Source of the DNA: the human T2T-CHM13v2.0 reference genome, Homo sapiens
Reading direction: 5' to 3' (one strand)
DNA length: 64,000 nucleotides
NCBI RefSeq assembly: GCF_009914755.1
Contig: NC_060947.1
The translations under genes were made by a program, and so were the position numbers. Numbering within the stretch: position 1 is the stretch's first letter; every line of letters begins with the position of its first letter. Shown piece by piece: positions 59,141 through 64,000 of this stretch. Below the pieces are notes generated by a model. The model saw only the letters and a program-made list of their open reading frames with translations, made no database searches and was not told the DNA's origin.

Positions 59141-59810
59141 CAGTAAAATAAGGTATGTATTAGAATTGATACCATAAGGCATAAACAAAGATAATGTTAA
59201 TAAATTCCTAAAGGTAAAAATCATGCAGATTATATTTGCTGACCACAAAATAATGAAATCTAAGTTAAGAACAAACATAGAAACTAAAATAACTTAACTA
59301 TATAGAACTTGTAAAACTATCTCTAAAACAATTCTTGGGCCAAAGATACTAAAGTCAGAAATAGAGTTTATCTAAAGAAAAATAATTAAAACAACTAAAG
59401 CAATAATCAAAGAAAAGGTCACACCCTTAAACACTTTTATGACTTAAACAGGAAAGATGAAAACAAATGAATTGAATAATCAACCTAAGAAGCTAAAAAT
59501 AGAGCAGTGAAAACCAGCAAGGAAAGCTGAAGGAAAAAAAATCATAAGACAAATGAAAAACAAATTAGAAAAAATGGCAAGTTCATAAACAAATTCAAGA
59601 ACAGTTGTGCTTTTTCAGAAGGAAAACGAAAAATCAGATAGACTAAACAAGAAAAAAGAAAGAATATGAGAACAAATACAAAAATCTACATATGAGATTA
59701 GGATTATCATCATAGAAACAGAGAAACTTGAAAGAGCTAGATGAAAATATTTGGCACATCTCTGTGGATGAAGTGGTTAATTTTCTAGGAAGATAAAAAG
59801 TATTAAAATT

Positions 59811-60108
<298 letters not shown>

Positions 60109-60139
60109 TTAAAAAACTGAACGGACTAATAACCAAAGT

Positions 60140-60737
60140 TGTGTTATTAAGTGTTTTTTCAAGTAAATAGAAACGACTTCAGTATTTCAATAGGAAGGTT
60201 TTAACATGGGGAATTGATTATATAGGCTTTGGAGGGGTGAAAGAACACAAAGGAGAAATTGAGGTAATGCAGAGATACTTGTTGTAAAAAGCAGCTACCA
60301 CCCCTACGCAGGGCTGGAGAAACAAGAAGGAAGAGGCTGGTATTACCAAAATCTAAGAGCTCAGAGAAGAGGCCCTGGGAAGTTGACGCTCAGATTTGTG
60401 AAGAAGGACCCTGCCCAGCTGCTGCTATTGTCTCTGTGCTCAGAACTGGGACTCAGACTTCTGAGGAAGGGCATTACCCTGTTACTGCTGCTAGGTCTTA
60501 GGGGATACCATGAGGCTGTTTCTTAGAGAACCAAAGAAGCTGCAGGTTGAAACCACCTGCTGCTGCTGGAGTGAACTGCTAGTGCTAACAGGAATAGCAG
60601 AAAACGTAAAGAAAGTCCATCTTCTCTCTGCTCACATTCCAATTTCTCTCTAGTTCCTCCTGTTACCAGGACTTAACCAGGGGCTGGCTGGCAAAGGAGT
60701 CTGGAAAATGCAGTTTGCAAAATTCCAGCCCCAACAT
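60140..60737 (-). mobile_element. Old ERVL LTR (LTR33/LTR41-like)
   Basis: gctggcaaaggagtctggaaaatgcagtttgc...ccagccccaaca. Confidence 0.5.
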
Positions 60738-61179
60738 TTTTTTACTCTTGGGAAGTTTAAGTTTTAATGTATTGGCAGATTCTATTATCTACGTGTATGT
60801 GTGTGAATGTATATATATTTAGGATTTTTACATCAATATTCATTACTGTAACTGGGCTATAGTGGTGTTTTAAGCATCTCTGTGAGGTTTATGTATCAGT
60901 GTCATATTGGTTTGAGAAACAGAATCCACCAATACATGGAAAAAATAATATTCAACAACCAAACAATGTTTAATCTAGAAATTTAAGAATGGTTTAATAT
61001 TAGCTAGTCTATTAATAAAATTGGCCACACAAACTGGTCAAAAGGTAAAAACTGTAAAATCGTCTCAATAGCGGCTATCAAGTCATTTGACTAAAATCAT
61101 TCCTGATTTTCAAACCTGTTATTATATTATAGAACATATCTGCTTATCAGCATCAAATTACACTTAATGCAGAAACACA

Positions 61180-63120
61180 TCATTCATTCCTCCTACCAAA
61201 ATTTACTAAGTGTCTAGTGTATCAGGCCTTATACTATAAATAGATGTTGGGTATATAGCAATTAATAAAACAGACAAGGTGCTTATCTTCGTATATTCTA
61301 GTTGGGGAAAGACAATAAACAAATAGGCAAATTAATAATCACTGACTATGGTAAATTCTATGCAGGCTATCAACAGGGTAATGGAGTATGGAGTCACGCC
61401 GATGGAGATTTGTCTTAGATAGTATGATTAGGGAAGACCCTTCTGAATTGAGACCTAAAGGACAAGAATGAGCTGCCCACAAACAAAACAAGAAGAGGAT
61501 ACCAGACAAAGGCAAGGGGGTTGAAGGTGACAGTTTTGAGATGGGTTTTGGGCTTGATGACTAACTGGATATGAAAAATGGAGAGAGAAGTGTCAAGGAT
61601 GGCTTCCAAGTTTCTGGCATGAGGAACTGGCTGGATAGTGGTCCTATTTCATGAGAAAGGCAGTAGTGAAGGAGAGTAGGTTTGTCAGGGTGAAAGTATT
61701 GTTTTGGATGTGTTGACTCTGAATGTGCGGTGGGGGAGGGGGTTGGGGTGGTTGGTGGGTGGAGAAATAGAATAGATAGACCAGAGGCTAAGAAGAAGGA
61801 TTTTGGCTAGAGACACATATTTTGAGTCAACCATATATGGATAGTACCTGACACCATGGATGGATGATATTGCCCAGAGCAAAAGTAAAAACTGAGAAGA
61901 GAACAGGGTCTAAGAGTTTTTAGAATCCTTAGGAGCTCCAACATTTAAAGATTGGGTACAGAAGGATAAATTCACAATGGAGACTGAGAAAGAGAAAAAG
62001 GAGGAAAACTAGAAGAGCATAGGGACATGGACGCTAAGGAAATGGCACATTTCAATGGAGATAAGGTTAATAGTGTCAAATGCTGGCAATGTCAAGTATG
62101 ATGAGAATCGAAAGGTGGATTTGCAACATGGACAATGGCTAGTAACATCAGCAGGAGCAATTTCTATGGAGCAATGGCACTGGAAGCCAGAATGGGGTGG
62201 GTTAAAGAATGCACAGAAGGTGGACAGAGATTGTAGACAACTCTGGGAGAAGGCAGGCTATGAAGGCGAAGAGAGAGATGATGAAGCTGGCGAGGAGACC
62301 GGGGATATTTATTGTTGGTGGTGGATTTTTTATAATAAAAACCCTTTTTGGTCCTTTGAATGCTACGGGCACTAGAATTTAGGGCAGCACCTTTAAAATA
62401 CTATGATTCAGATGCTATATCTGAACACCTAGGCAGTGTCTGTACTTGATGTCTAATAAATATCTCAAAATTAACATGCTTAAAAGTGAATTCTGGATCT
62501 TCTCACACAAACATGCTATGCTATCTGTCTTTCCCAGCTCAGTGTTAACTATCTTTTGGTTGCTTGGGTAAAAAACTTACTTCATTGAATCCGTTTTTTT
62601 CACATCTAAATAAAATGCCAGCAAAGTGTACTGGCTCAACTTTCGAAATATGCACAGAACACAACCACTTCTCACTGATGCTACCTTTGGCTAAGCCACT
62701 TCAATCTCTCCTGGATTATTGCAGTAGCCTCCAAACTACTCATCGATCTCCTATCCTTACTCCTCTAAAGTCCATTCTCAACTCAGATAATAACACAGGT
62801 CCCCTTTTAAAATGTAAAGGAAATCATGTCATGCTTTTGCTTGAAATATTTCAATGGTGCCATCTCCCCCAGTAAAACCCCAAGTCTTTAAAATAGCTTA
62901 CAAGTTCCTATGTGATCTGACCTCATCACCTAACACTCTCCCCCTCACTCTGTTCTGGCCCCAGAGCATGCCTCTGCCTCAGGAGCTTTGCAGTGGCTAT
63001 TCCCGCTGCCTGGCCTGCTCTTTCCCCAGATAATCTTCATGGCTCATGTTCTCTCCTCCAATTTATAAATTCTTTCTAAATGACTTGTTCTTCAAATGCC
63101 ACTTTTATCAGCCTATATAG
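61180..63120. mobile_element. L2 fragments (about 61180-62300 minus, 62400-63120 plus)
   Basis: cattcattc tail, gtgtcaaggatggcttccaagtttctggc, cctggattattgcagtagcctcc. Confidence 0.75.
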
Positions 63121-63243
63121 TCTGAGAGATTTAGGCTACAAGTGTTACAAATGTTCAGATTATGTATAATTAGAAATTTGTGGATTATTTAAGAATGTGT
63201 GCTGACATATAAAGTTTCCAAGAGGCTACAGTGAGGGCCTCAT

Positions 63244-63428
63244 AAAGAAAGGGAAAGGAAGAAAGGAAGAAAGAAAGACAAAGGAAGCAAGGCAGGCAGG
63301 CAGGAAGGAAGGGAGGGAGAGAGGAAGAAAGAAAGAAAGAAAAGAAGAAAGGAAGGAAGGAAAGAAGGAAGGAAGGGAGGGAGGGAGGGAGGAAGGAAGG
63401 AAAGACAGACAAAGGAAGGAAGGCAGGC
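63244..63428. repeat. Purine-rich (GGAA)n/(GAAA)n/(GGCA)n simple repeat
   Basis: Directly visible. Confidence 0.95.
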
Positions 63429-63624
63429 TGTACCTCATGTATCCCCAAGTGGAAAAGTGAAAGTAGAAAAGATTCAAGGTCCCAATCATGATTCCACACT
63501 ACAAAAGATAGATGAGCTGCAAAAATATATAGATATTTATTTTCAATCACAGTTCTCATAAACAGCATCATGATGCATATTAATACAATATACATTAAAA
63601 ACTTATCCCAGCCAGGCAACATAT

Positions 63625-63830
63625 TAATATTTACTGCTTACCATGCACCTGATATTCTACAAGAAGCACACCTCATCTTCAATTTTTCCATAAACTCTGC
63701 AAGGTGAAGACACTGAGGCTTGCAGAGTACATGTCTTCTCTGAGCTCACAAGTTAGGAAGTGGAAGAGAGGTAATTTACATGGGGGTGAAGGGTATGGGG
63801 GATGGGTCTGACTCCAGACATTTTGCTTTT
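63625..63830 (-). mobile_element. MIR
   Basis: atttactgcttaccatg...gacactgaggct. Confidence 0.55.
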
Positions 63831-64000
63831 TTAATTACACTACGTGGGCTGCCACCCCATCCTCTCAAATAAGTAGAATGTCTGTTAGAGATGATTTACT
63901 TCTACCTAATTTTGATATTTTAACACAAATCTACTCAGATGTTTTATGGCCTTTATATGAATGCAGTCATAATTCTAGAATTAGTCACTTACTTTGGTGG

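Noticed and set aside
63185-63622. 145-aa Phe/Leu/Ser/Pro-rich ORF
   Set aside because: Translation of the simple repeat.

Overview
Primate (most likely human) genomic DNA, AT-rich and dominated by interspersed repeats: about 18 Alu/FRAM copies, many old L1 and L2 fragments, MaLR LTRs (THE1C, MLT1), a HERV-L pol/MLT2 fragment, a MER61 provirus end, and DNA-transposon fossils (Tigger3b, MER30, MER5, MER3, MER104). No intact protein-coding gene, RNA gene or CRISPR array is evident, and most ORFs in the supplied track are repeat artefacts. The main result is in the unique DNA between the repeats. On the minus strand from about 44.1 kb down to 7.9 kb there are roughly 20 exon-like segments with recognisable splice sites, many of them phase-compatible. 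Translated by eye through many stops and frameshifts, they give an N-terminal RhoGAP-like domain followed by several RGS-like repeats. This looks like the fossil of a large intron-containing RhoGAP plus multi-RGS gene (a candidate unitary pseudogene), with an AluJ and a THE1C inserted inside former exons. Domain and repeat-subfamily calls are from motif recognition by eye, not from database searches.
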